In this document: positions 1 through 11,395 of the stretch, piece by piece
How positions within the stretch are numbered: position 1 is the first letter of the stretch
How the letters are laid out: every line of letters begins with the position of its first letter
NCBI RefSeq assembly: GCF_006345805.1
Contig: NC_043004.1
Location: forward strand, 98,766,001 to 98,830,000
Source of the DNA: Octopus sinensis
Taxonomy: Eukaryota
Direction of reading: 5' to 3'
Length of the DNA stretch: 64,000 nt
Program-made: the position numbers and the translations under genes
The notes under the pieces: model-generated
What the model was told of the DNA's origin: nothing
The model's database searches: none
The model's input: the letters and a program-made list of their open reading frames with translations, nothing else

Positions 1-238
1 CACACCATTGAGGAATGAATAGAATGACAGAGGAATTTCATCACATTTACACAAAACTGTTAGACTAAGTACTCTATTCACCTCTTTTTCTTTATTTCTT
101 TTCGTTTTATTTTTATTTTTCCTTTTACTAGTTACAAAAGTGAAAACTGATGATGTCATTCTGTCAAAATAGGGACGAAGGATTTCCTTGTTTGTATTTT
201 GAATTTCTGTTTTTTCTGCAGCTATTTTCATTTCAGAT

Positions 239-283
239 TTTGAACCTGAAGAAGACAGATGATCTGGTGAAATATTGTTCAAA
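239..283 (+). ncRNA. Minimal type I hammerhead-ribozyme-like motif (Penelope-type), partly decayed
   Basis: TTTGAAC-CTGAAGA-A-GACAG-ATGAT-CTGGT-GAA-ATAT-T-GTTCAAA. Perfect 7-bp stem I, core CUGAAGA/GAAA, palindromic stem III ATAT, stem II with one mismatch. Confidence 0.5.
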
Positions 284-319
284 CCGTTAAATAAACAATC
301 TATTACAAATTTTATTGCA

Positions 320-362
320 TTCTTCTTCTTCTTCTTCTTCTTCTTCTTCTTCTCTTCTTCTT

Positions 363-393
<31 letters not shown>

Positions 394-451
394 ATAATAA
401 TAATAATAATAATAATAGTAATAATAATAATGGTAATAATAATAATAATGG

Positions 452-509
<58 letters not shown>

Positions 510-527
510 TTATTATTATTATTATTT
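320..527. repeat. Compound microsatellite (CTT)n-(AAT)n-(ATT)n
   Basis: Directly visible trinucleotide runs; source of the poly-L/I/N/R/E ORFs 287-781 and 315-689. Confidence 0.95.
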
Positions 528-836
528 ATGTTTGACTCCAAGATTGTAAAGAAAGAGGATAAAAACAAAAACAGAAAATACAAATCCTTAAAATTTGAAA
601 TTAGAAGAATTTTGAATATGAAAACTGTAAAGTTTGTGTCTGTGATAATTGGTGCATTGGGAACTGTAATTAAAGATATTGACAAATGACTGAAGGAGAT
701 TAGAATAGAACACCCTGTAGAGCACTTACAAAGAGCTTGATTCTTTAGAATAGGAAAGATTATCAGGAACGTTTTAAGCACTCGAAAGACTACATAGATC
801 CTACCAGGAATAAGATTAAACCTGAGTTAAATCACC

Positions 837-840
<4 letters not shown>
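528..840 (+). mobile_element. R4/Dong-type non-LTR retrotransposon, 3' fragment (RLE endonuclease end, 3'UTR, (AAT)n tail)
   Basis: Translates as KYKSLKFEIRRILNMKTVKFVSVIIGALGTVIKDIDK*LKEIRIE...GKIIRNVL, the C-terminus of a restriction-like endonuclease. Flanked by TAA repeats. Confidence 0.8.
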
Positions 841-878
<38 letters not shown>

Positions 879-1150
879 GATTTCAAATTTTAGCACAAAG
901 CCTGCATTTTGGGTGTGTTGATCAACATCCTGCATTTTGGGGTCTGGGAGAAAGTTGATTACATTGCCCCCAGTGCTCAACTGGTATTTATTTTATTGAC
1001 CCCAAACAGAGGAAAATGAAAGTCTATCCCAGTGGCATTTGAACTCAGAACATAAAGTCAGAAGAAATGCTGCTAAGCAATTTTTCCTGCAAAAGTAACA
1101 TTTCTGCTAGCTTATTGCCTTAATGATGATGATAATAATAATAATAATAA

Positions 1151-1450
1151 ATGCCACAGAACCACTATTATTAGAAGTAAGAAGGTCAGGCTTGTGTAGG
1201 ATGAAAGATTGCAAAGATAAAGCACTATACAAGAAATTGGAAACGAATGAAACTGAAAATAGGTGGGTAAAGAAAAGAATGCATGGTCAATTTCATAGAG
1301 ATGTTGAAGAAAAGACAGACAGAGAAAAAAGATGGCTGTGGATGACTAAAAGTGATTTAAGACTGGAAATGGAGGCTCTAATCTGTGTTGCCCAAGAGCA
1401 AGCACTAAGAACAGACTACATAAAATACAGAATAAACACAGCAGAAAAGG
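1151..1450 (+). mobile_element. R4/Dong-type LINE internal fragment (post-RT linker)
   Basis: W.KKRMHGQFHRD...WLWMTKSDLRLEMEALICVAQEQALRTDYIK, the conserved MHGQF / ETEALI.AAQEQ region of R4/Dong ORFs. Both ends lie in (AAT)n. Confidence 0.8.
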
Positions 1451-1463
1451 ATAATAATAATAA

Positions 1464-1541
<78 letters not shown>

Positions 1542-1603
1542 AATTAGAATATAAAATTTTCATCCATGAAATATTTCTCATTATATGTATACACACACAC
1601 ACT

Positions 1604-1745
1604 GAACACTTTCCATACAATAACCATCAGAGCATCACAACAAATCACAGCACATACCCAAGGCACACAGAGCTGCGCTTGGTAGTGAAGTGAAAGTACG
1701 CTATAAAAATAAAACTACTGAATAATATAATAATAATAATAATGA
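1604..1745 (+). mobile_element. 3' terminal fragment of the Dong-like family seen at 11396-13990
   Basis: Near-identical to the reverse complement of about 11410-11545 (stop codon, 3'UTR), followed by an (AAT)n tail. Confidence 0.85.
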
Positions 1746-2300
1746 TAAAAAGACAGTGGCTATCATGGTTTCTTATCTTAACTGATTGGAAGTGTTATCA
1801 TGTACATTGTGTTGTCTTGGTATAAAAGATGGACTACAGCAAATATTCTGCTCAATAACACAGATTTGCTTGTCAGTTGTTTGACTTTAACCAGTTGAGT
1901 ATGTCCCTTAGTGGCTGGCAATATGTGCATCTCTGATCATGAGCAGAAGTGGTTGGGGACCATCATAACCATGTGTTGAGAGGAAATATTTGGGGTTTGA
2001 ATAATTCACTTCTGGAAACATGGATGTTTCGTTCAACATCCATATATGACCCTTATTCAGGGAACTTTTGAGCGGGATGGGCTATTTGACCTGAAGAAAA
2101 TTCTAACTGGGCCTCACTTGCAAGGTCATGTATTGTTTATCTTAATATGAGATCACCATGTTGTGCACATATTCTTGTGATGCATGTGCCTGATATACCC
2201 TTATCAGATAGGCAGTTATGATATGTATCCTGGGTTTCACATATTTTTACTTATTTTCCCGTTGATGGCATGCACTGCTCTGTTACTCAATAATGATGAT
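1746..2300 (+). repeat. Unclassified non-coding interspersed repeat bracketed by (AAT)n
   Basis: Second copy at 17829-18263. No ORF and no tRNA head seen; ends in ...CTCAATAAT tail. Confidence 0.7.
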
Positions 2301-2343
2301 AATGAGGATGTTGATGATAATAATAATAATAATGATGATAGTG

Positions 2344-2400
<57 letters not shown>

Positions 2401-2972
2401 GTAATAACAATGATAATTCTTTCTGCTATAAGCACGGCACAAGGCCTGCAAATTTTGGGGATTATATCAACACCAGTGTGCTATTGGTACTTGTTTCATC
2501 AACTCCAAAAGGATGAAAGGCAAATTGAATCTTAATGTAATTTGAACTCAGAATGGAAGGACGGATGAAATGCAGCTAAGCATTTTGCCTGGCGTGCTGA
2601 TGATTCTCCAGCTCACTCCCTTATTAAAATAATAATAATGATAATAATAATAATAACTGTTTCTATTATAAGCATGAAGCCAGAAATTTGTTGGGAAGGG
2701 ATTTGTTGATTAAGTTGATCCTAATAGCTAAATGGAACCTTATATTATTCATCTTTTAAAGAGAAAAAACAAAATCAGCCTTGACAGGTTTTGAACTCAG
2801 AATGTAGAATGACTCAAGCCAATACAGGAGAGCATTTTGTCTGATATTCTGATAATCAGGTGAATCTTCCTACTAAGAGCTTATCATGTTAGCACAAGGA
2901 CAGAAATTAGTCATGTGTTTAAGCCTTTAACATTCAGATTACACTGTCAATTGTAATGCATATTAATTAAAT

Positions 2973-3292
2973 GAAAGCACATGACTTAGTGATTAGAGTG
3001 ATAGGCTTGCAATTATAAGGGAGTGAGTTCAGTTCTCAGACCAGGTTGTGTGTTGTGTTCTTGAGCAAGATACTTTATTTCATGTTACTCCAGTTCACTC
3101 AGCCATAGAAATGAGTTGCAACATCACTGGTGACAAGCTGTATCGGCCTTTGTCTTTCCCTTAGATACCATCCGTGGCATGGAGAGGGGAGGATGGTATG
3201 CATGGGTGACTGCTGCGCTTCTATAAACAACCTAGCTTGGACTTGTGCCTTGGAGGAATACACAATCCTATGGTCATTCATGACCGAAAGGG
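2973..3292 (+). mobile_element. tRNA-derived SINE, family D (CORE-like)
   Basis: Decayed copy of 56227-56566 (TTGAGCAAG.CACTTTATTTCA.GTT.CTCCAGTTCACTCAGC). Confidence 0.8.
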
Positions 3293-3320
3293 CACTTCAA
3301 AATTAATATTGTTTTGAATT

Positions 3321-3713
3321 GTGGCTGTGTGGTAAGTAGCTTGCTTACATCCCACATGGTTCCAGGTTCAGTCCCACTGCGTGGCATCTTGGGCAAGTGT
3401 CTTCTACTATAGTCTCAGGCTGACCAAAGCCTTGTGAGTGGATTTGGTAGACGGAAACTGAAAGAAGCCTGTCGTATATTTGTATATATATATGTGTATG
3501 TGTGTGTGTCTGAGTTTGTCCCCCTAGCATTGCTTGACAACCGATGTTGGTGTGTTTATGTCCTCCGTTACTTAGCGGTTCGGCAAAAGAGACCGATAGA
3601 ATAAGTACTAGGCTTACAAAGAATAAGTCCTGGGGTCGATTTGCTCGACTAAAGGCGGTGCTCCAGCATGGCCACAGTCAAATGACTGAAACAAGTAAAA
3701 GAGTAAAAGAGTA
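3321..3713 (+). mobile_element. tRNA-derived SINE, family A (CORE-like, internal TA/TG microsatellite, (GAGTAAAA) tail)
   Basis: GTGGCTGTGTGGTAAG...GGTTCAGTCCC A/B-box head, CTTGGGCAAGTGTCTT core. More than 15 copies in the window. Confidence 0.9.
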
Positions 3714-4137
3714 TGCATTATTTCATACTTTTGAGATTATGATGATATGATTGTTCATATTTAGACAAACATTGTAGTGAAGGTGTGAGAGGCTGGACCT
3801 AGTCAGTTTGAATACAAAACATACAGAATATTTTGGCTGGGAATGGCCAGGTTACATGCTAAAGGGTTAATCCTGGAGGCTGAAAATAAAATAATCTATA
3901 GCATTTATTACATTATTCTATTATTCTTACACCCATTCTAACCATAACTATATTGCAGATTATTTGAAAATAGGCAATCCAGAATTTCATTTGCAAACGT
4001 ATTCTCTTTTGCTTAAAGATGGTAGAATATGATTTCAGGAAACATTTGGCTGTTATTTCAAGGAGTTTCTGTGAGGATGCCAAAGGTTCTTTCTGGTAGT
4101 ACTGGTAACAGTTGTGCTGTTGTCTGCCCCGATCTTT

Positions 4138-4600
4138 TTTACTCTTTTACTTGCTTCAGTCATTTGACTGTGGCCATGCTAGAGTACCACCTTTAGTCGA
4201 GGAAATCGACCCCAGGACTTATTCTTTGTAGGCTTAGTACTTATTCTATCGGTCTCTTTTGCCGAACTGCTAAGTTATGGGGACACAAACACACCAGCAT
4301 TGGTTGTCAAGCGATATTTGGGGGGACAAACACAGACACACAAACACACACACACACACACACACACATCTCTCTCTCTCTCTCTATCTATCTATCTATA
4401 TATATATATATATACATACACAGACGCACACATGTATACGATGAGCTTCTTTCAGTTTCCATCTACCAAATCCACTCACAAGTCTTTGGTCGCCCCGAGT
4501 CAATAGTAGAAGACACTTGCCCAAGGTGCCAGACAGTGGGACTGAACCCGGAACTTTGTGGCTGGTAAGCAAGCTACTTACCACACAGCCACTCCTGTGT
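4138..4600 (-). mobile_element. SINE family A, full length
   Basis: Reverse-complement match to 3321-3713 along its whole length. Confidence 0.9.
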
Positions 4601-5199
4601 CTAGTATTTATGCAAACATAAATACTATAGAAGATAGTTCAGATTTCCGCATCACATATTTATTTTTAGACGTAAGGTGGTACACGCAAAACTAAACTAA
4701 TTATTGTGTCCTTAATTATTAAGGAGCATGAAGTATTTTAAAGGAGATTTGCCTACTTTTTCAAGCAAAAGGGAACAACATAGAGTTATTAGATGAGTAA
4801 GGGAAATGAAATCGAAGTTGAATCACAGATTAAGCTTACAAGAATACTAGCATCACAAAACATGCTTTATAAGAGATCCTACATTCAAAAACATCGACAT
4901 GTAAAATATGCATAAATATATGTAAGTTGGTACGGGAATAAGACTCCACTAGAACACATATATATATATATATGGCAACACTTTAGTGTTTAAAATCAAA
5001 GTATGAGTATGCATGTGTATCTACACACTTGCATATTTTAACAGAGGAGAAACACATTTATATATATAAAATATTATTGTTTTTTTAAATGCATAAAAAA
5101 AAGAAAAAAAATCTTCCACATTACAACATCAAACGTAATTTTGAACATTAAACATCCCATTTATTCTGTTCAATGTTTTTTACCCAATGACTAAGCTCT

Positions 5200-6059
5200 T
5201 CGACTTCCATATATATATATACATCTTTATATATATGTAATGTATGTTATATAAGTGTGGGTGGATATACACATAATATATATATATATACACATGCACA
5301 AACACATATGCATATAAACACACTCACTCACACAGACACATACATTCTATTTATATTAATGGGTCGGTGTTTATATATATATATATATGTAAATACAATA
5401 TGCATAGATCCTATTTATATTAATGTGTCAATGTGTATATAAGTGTGCATGTATGCTCTGTGTGTGTATATACATATATATATAGATACATATATATACA
5501 TATATACATATATATATACATACATATATATATATATACATATATATATATGTATACAAATACATATATATATGTATATATATACATATATACACATATA
5601 TACATATATACATATACATACATATATATATATGTGTATGTATATATACATAAACAAATATATAGATATGTATATGTATATATACATATATATATAATAC
5701 ACACACACACATTCACATATATATATATGTATGTATATATATATATATGTATATTTATATGTATATATGTGTGTGTGTATATATATATATATAAAAATAT
5801 ACCCACATCCACAAAATTTGTACATGCATAGTAAGACACACAAAGAGATGAAAATGATAATGTTCATGTATATATGTGGGCCTAAATGCAAAACAGATAA
5901 AAAGATATACAAAAGTTACTGATAGATATGAATATTCATACATACATTACTTACATAAATACCACTTGCGTATATACATATATACATATATGCGTTGTGT
6001 TCGTGTTTGTTCCTTTTCACATGTATATGCATGTGATTGTGTGTCTGTGTCTCTGTGTG

Positions 6060-6101
<42 letters not shown>

Positions 6102-6245
6102 TATTTATATATGTATGTATGTATGTGTTTATATATAAACTGCACATATCTATGTTGAGTGGTAAAGGGGAATAGCAAGCGTGCTAGAAAACATATAAAC
6201 ACACATAGAGTCACACACACATGCACACACATACACATATACACA
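5200..6245. repeat. (TA)n/(CA)n/(TATG)n microsatellite field
   Basis: Directly visible; source of the YI/IY-rich ORFs. Similar fields at 10410-10670, 20830-21320, 27880-28180, 30410-31130, 37200-38070, 43200-43550, 55520-55910 and 59860-60300. Confidence 0.95.
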
Positions 6246-6530
6246 TGTGTTATTACATCACATTGACAAAGACTTCATTTTACATACAATGATGATTCAA
6301 ATTAGGATACTTCTTCTGAAATACCATTCATGGAACCAAAATTACAATTCCAAGTTTAAAATTCACAAAACGTTACAGAAATTCTTCAAGTCATCAACAG
6401 ATGTCTGCAGCGTTCTTCAAGTAAACAGCATCCATCTTAATGGTTGTTGCTGTTGGTAGTTATTTTCCTTCAGATAAACTGATAGGATAAGCTGAGAGGT
6501 TTATTCATCTATCATTTATTTTATATTAAG

Positions 6531-7110
6531 GGGGCGAGCTGGCAGAAACGTTAACACGCTGGGCGAAATGCTTAGCGGTATTTCGTCTGCGTTACGTTGT
6601 GAGTTCAAATTCCGCCGAGGTCGACTTTGCCTTTCATCCTTTCGGTGTCGATAAATTAAGTACCAGTTACGCACTGGGCTTGGTGTAATCGACTTAATAC
6701 CTATGTCTGTCCTTGTTTGTCCCCTCTGTGTTTAACCCCTTGTGGGTAATAAAGAAATAGGTATTTATTCTGCCTTTACATTCTGAGTTCAAATTCTGCC
6801 GTGGTTGATTTTGCCTTTCATCCTTTCGGGGTCAATAAATTAAGTATCAGTTACACACTGGGGTCGATGTAATTGACTTAATCCCTTTGTCTGTCTTTGT
6901 CTATCTACTCTATGTTTAGCCCCTTGTGGGTAGTAAAGAAATAGGTATTTTGTCTGCCTTTACATTCTGAGTTCAAATTCTGCTGAGGTTGATTTTGCCT
7001 TTCATCCTTTCGGGGTCAATAAATTAAGTACCAGTTGTGTACTGGAGTCGATTCCCCCCCCCCCCCGCCAAAATTTCGAGCCTTGTGCCTACAGTAGAAA
7101 AGATTATTTA
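6531..7110 (+). mobile_element. SINE family B, one full copy followed by two 5'-truncated tandem copies
   Basis: GGCGAGCTGGCAGAAACG...GAGTTCAAATTC...GCCTTTCATCCTTTCGG...AAGTACCAG, the body recurring three times head-to-tail. Confidence 0.85.
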
Positions 7111-7380
7111 TTTTATATTGCAACTAGTCAAACAATAAGCTTCTAGGTACAGCTTTCCTCAAATCAATCACTGACAGACTAGACTGTGTTCTTACATTTC
7201 TGACAGTGAAAATGCGAACGGACAGCCTGTAACTGAGTGCAGAACAAATATCACAATAACTTCATTCAAAGTGTACTGCTAATTTTTCTCAGTCATGTTC
7301 ATAACCTTTACTGATACAGGTTGAGGCGCTTCAACTTCAAATCTTCTGCAGTTTGTTTCACTCATGTCTTCTTTGGTGCA

Positions 7381-7769
7381 ATGTGGAGGCGCAATGGCCC
7401 AATGGTTAGGGCAGCGGACTCGCAGTCATAGGATCGCAGTTTCGATTCCCAGACCGGGCGTTGTGAGTGTTTATTGAGCGAAAACACCTAAAGCTCCACG
7501 AGGCTCCGGCAGGGGATGGTGGTGATCCCTGCTGTACTCTTTCACCACAACTTTCTCTCACTCTTACTTCCTGTTTCTGTTGTACCTGTATTTCAAAGGG
7601 CCAGCCTTGTCACTCTCTGTGTCATGCTGAATATCCCCGAGAACTACGTTAAGGGTACACGTGTCTGTGGAGTGCTCAGCCACTTACACGTTAATTTCAC
7701 GAGCAGGCTGTTCCGTTGATTCGGATCAACCGGAACCCTCGTCGTCGTAACCGACGGAGTGCTTCCTCC
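7381..7769 (+). mobile_element. tRNA-derived SINE family C, full length, 11-bp TSD
   Basis: A box TGGCCCAATGG, B box GTTTCGATTCC. TSD TCTTTGGTGCA at 7370-7380 and 7770-7780. Confidence 0.92.
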
Positions 7770-8021
7770 TCTTTGGTGCACTGCACAGGATTCTCTGGTG
7801 CACACATCACTTCCCCAACAAAAGTTGGTGTGGTAGAGTTCTAGTGCTCATTCTACAGATGAGACAAACCAAACCACTGTAGACTGCACTGTCAGACTTC
7901 GTCTTGAATGGTTGGCTGCTGCTGTCATTGTTCTCAGATTATGTATAAGCCATATATAAGATGCTTAACACAGTGTGAATAAGAAGTAATTTGAAAGACT
8001 AGCTGTGAACCTCTTGTAATC

Positions 8022-8235
8022 ATCATCATCATCATCATCGTTTAACGTCCGTTTTCCATGCTAGCATGGGTTGGACGGTTTGACCGGGGATCTGGGAAGC
8101 CATGAGGCTACACCAGGCTCCAGTCTGATCTGGCAGTGTTTCTACAGCTGGATGCCCTTCCTAACACCAACCACTCTGTGAGTGTAGTGGGTGATTTTTA
8201 CGTGCCACCAGTACAGGTGTCAGGCGAGGCTGGGG
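8022..8235 (-). mobile_element. Family E: 5'-truncated 3'UTR of an RTE-clade LINE, (GAT)n tail
   Basis: Matches the sequence downstream of the RTE ORF end at 48672-49369. Other copies at 9020-9140, 14806-15060, 15075-15255, 19030-19250 and 56690-56950. Confidence 0.8.
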
Positions 8236-8264
8236 TATCTTTTATGTATCAAATCTCATAAAAA

Positions 8265-8425
8265 TAATAATAATAATATCGAAAAATACCTTAAGAATGA
8301 GAACCCAGGTTCAAAATTTCCCCAAGACACCTGATGAAGGCTGGAGGGTATATCAGCCGAAACGCTGTGTTAACAACAAACAAGATGAGGACAAATATCC
8401 ATCGAATGCAAATAATGTAAATAGT
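8265..8425 (+). mobile_element. Penelope-like terminal-repeat fragment carrying a hammerhead motif (8326-8371)
   Basis: GACAC-CTGATGA-A-GGCTG-GAGGGTATAT-CAGCC-GAA-ACGC-T-GTGTT. The PLE assignment is inferred from the minimal hammerhead type. Confidence 0.65.
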
Positions 8426-9139
8426 GCGCCTTCAGTTTATCTGCCAATCCTAATATTACTCTTGAGTTGCCTATATGTAGTCTCACCTTGTTTGTCTTAC
8501 TACTCACCCTGACAAACTCAATCGCTATATATATCAACTTCTCACCTAAAAACTTGTTTATGCTTACTCCTACTATAACTGGTGCTCCTCATCTCGGAAG
8601 AATTTATATCATTGTCTCTTACTTATACGTAGTTTGGTTGAGAATCCTTTTAAATCTTATGTCTTGTACATAACATACATCCACACATTTCTGTTCTAAC
8701 ATTTCTATGATCTCACCAATCAACCTTTAATCGTGTCTACAAGGATTGTGGCGAACCTGAGATTTTGGAACAGGCAGGTAGTGGGGGTTATCTCCGGTGC
8801 TAATTTCGGTGGTTGCTGTTTGATTCTTGTACTTGTGGAGATGAAGAGAGCTTGTGTCATGCCCTACTCTGTGTGTGTGTGTGTGCGTTGTGTGCATGTG
8901 TGTGTGTGTGTGTGTGTGTGTGAGTGCACGTACATGTTTGTTTCTATACTGCATATTGATTGTAGTAGTGCTGCTGGCATGAAAAAAACATCCTGTACAC
9001 ACACACACTATAGACTGGTTGACATTAGAAAGGGCATTCAGCCATAGAAAACAGACACTGGAGCCACAGTGCACCTCTTGGACCAACTGGATCCTGTCAA
9101 ACCGTCCAAACCATGCCAGCATGGAATATAGATGTTAAA

Positions 9140-9317
9140 TGGTGGTGAAGAAGAAGAAGGAGGAGGAGGAGGAGGAGGAGGAGGAGAAGAAGACAAAGAA
9201 GAAGAAGAAGAAGACAAAGAAGAAGAAGAAGAAGAAAAAGAAGAAGAAAAAGAAGAAGAAGAAAAAGAAGAAGAAGAAGAAGAAGAAGATGATGATGATG
9301 ATGATGATGATGATGAT
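9140..9317. repeat. Purine-rich (GAA)n/(GGA)n/(GAT)n microsatellite grown from a family E tail
   Basis: Directly visible; source of the poly-E/K/S/F ORFs. Confidence 0.95.
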
Positions 9318-10411
9318 ACATGCATGCATACATATATATATATACATTATATACATTTATCTGATGGACTTCCAAGGAGTTACCATCAATAGAATTTCCC
9401 ATTTGAGGCTTTGGTCAATACAAAGTTATGGCAAAAGAGGTGTTTCCAAAGCGTCCCCCACTTTGTGGTTGAATTGAAACCATATGGTTGTGGTTTCTCT
9501 CTCCACAGCACAGCACATTCAGTTAATCTTAATTAAAATTTATGGGTTGTCTCCACAGCTTTTCTTGTTTTTCTTTTTCATTTTTTTTTTTTACTAGAAT
9601 TAGTAATTTAGAAAGTGACTGTTCCCATTACTAAGAATGTAATTTTAATTAATTAAAAGGAATCATTGTCTTACAACATCAATTAGGTTAGCATCCACTT
9701 TATAATTAACACATAAACACACACAGACATATATATGCACACCTACACATGTATACACAAATAAAACATTTATACACACACACATTTGTCTCTACAATGA
9801 GTTTTGTTGGCATATTACAGAAACCGTTCTTATTTACTGTTGACTGAGCAAATCTATGGCCAAAAGCATTCCAGCCATGCCCATCTCTCTTTTGTTAAGT
9901 CATTGTAGGAAGAACTAATTTATCCATTCAATTTTTTTGTTACTAAAGCCAATGAAGTGTATAAATTGAAAGTAATGTGGCTGCTGTTTCTTGCATGTCA
10001 GATAACCATGTTAAACAGTAGTTCTCAACCGTTTTTCACCTTTGATGCCCCAGAGGAACCCTCATAACCATTCCATGTTTAAAGAATTCCATTATATTTT
10101 TATGATTAAATATTATTAGAAATGATATAAAAATAGTGTTAAACTATATATTTTTTTTTGTATTGCAGAAGTAAAACAACATGTGAACATTTGCAATATA
10201 TAATGGGCTTCTTTCAGTTTCCACCTACCAAATCCACTCACAAGAATGATAAACCTAGTCGAATTGATCCCCTTCAAAATTTGCTGAAAGCTCTGCAATT
10301 TAACTATGGGGTTAATTTTGCAGCAATATTAAATACAAGTTTATTACACATACAGAAAAATCTTTTTGTACATATTCATTTATAAGCCTTACAGTATTGG
10401 CAATATAGTTC

Positions 10412-10451
<40 letters not shown>

Positions 10452-10937
10452 CATTTATGAATATATATATATATGTATATATACGTACATACATATATGA
10501 ATATATACATATACCTATGTACATATATATATACAACACATATGTGTGTGTATGTATATGTATATATGGGTATAAATGTATATATATGGGTATATATAAA
10601 TGTGAATGTATGTATATATATATACTTATATAGAGACATGCACACACCACATATATATACACACATATATATATTATTGATGAATATTAGCATAGTTCTT
10701 TTTGATGAAAATATTCTAAATACAAGAGAACATTTTTCCATGATATAAAGACAGCTAGTATATTAATTCAGTGACTGAAAATAGATAGATATTTAAAAAG
10801 GAGAAATATATGTATATATATATATATATACAATAAAAAAAAAATGAAAATATATGAAATATATAACAAAAAAAAAACAAGACAAACTTCATGAAAGAGA
10901 CACTGCTGCTTCAGTAGATTATAGATTATATATTATA

Positions 10938-11038
10938 TCATCCATGAAAACAAGAACAACAAGCTGTTTTCAACCAACTTGATTTCTTGGATAAGTTATA
11001 ATCATACGGATTTTGAACTATCAGGGAATTGTGTTTGT
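10938..11038 (-). CDS. Candidate terminal coding exon of an unidentified host gene
   Basis: Acceptor gttttcttcttccatAG (AG at 11039-11040), phase 1. Reads (D)KHNSLIVQNPYDYNLSKKSSWLKTACCSCFHG*, followed by unique AT-rich sequence. Confidence 0.5.
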
Positions 11039-11395
11039 CTATGGAAGAAGAAAACATGAATTAACTATAAACCACAACATTTAGCAATGTAATCAAAAGT
11101 GTTGCCAGTAAACTGTAAATCATGGCACGCTCTCTTCAGAAGATATTTGTTAGATATTTGGTAAGTTAGTGTTGTTAGTAGAGTAAATAACACGAAATGA
11201 AAATAAAAGGAAATGGTAGAACCAATGATGAAGCCTACAGATAGTTATTCAACCTGCTAGAAATAACAGCTAAATTGTACTCTTGTCATATTTTTTCTTT
11301 TAAAATAGGATGGATATGTTGAACAGCATATATGTATATATGCATACACACATGCTCTCACACACCCACGTATTCTTTTACTCTTTTACTTGTTG

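Larger units (their letters stand above)
2919..3870. mobile_element. piggyBac-like MITE (TTAA target) split by two SINE insertions
   Basis: TTAA-GCCTTTAACATT...ATGCTAAAGGG-TTAA ends. Body continues either side of SINEs at 2973-3292 and 3321-3713. Same family at about 31966-32184. Confidence 0.7.

Noticed and set aside
236-290. Plus-strand terminal exon after tttcag (ILNLKKTDDLVKYCSNR*)
   Set aside because: The same bases are better explained by the hammerhead fold with a 7-bp stem I, and there are no other plus-strand exons to join.
6417-6478. Third phase-1 terminal exon on the minus strand, (V)YLKENNYQQQQPLRWMLFT*
   Set aside because: Acceptor is plausible but the ORF is only about 20 codons and partly CAA-repetitive, within chance expectation. 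Worth checking only if the other exons are confirmed.
7385-7460. tRNA gene (also 24075-24146, 39644-39715, 54495-54570, 56227-56300)
   Set aside because: A and B boxes are present, but each runs directly into a SINE body; several are inside TSD-bounded elements and the acceptor stem is not closed.
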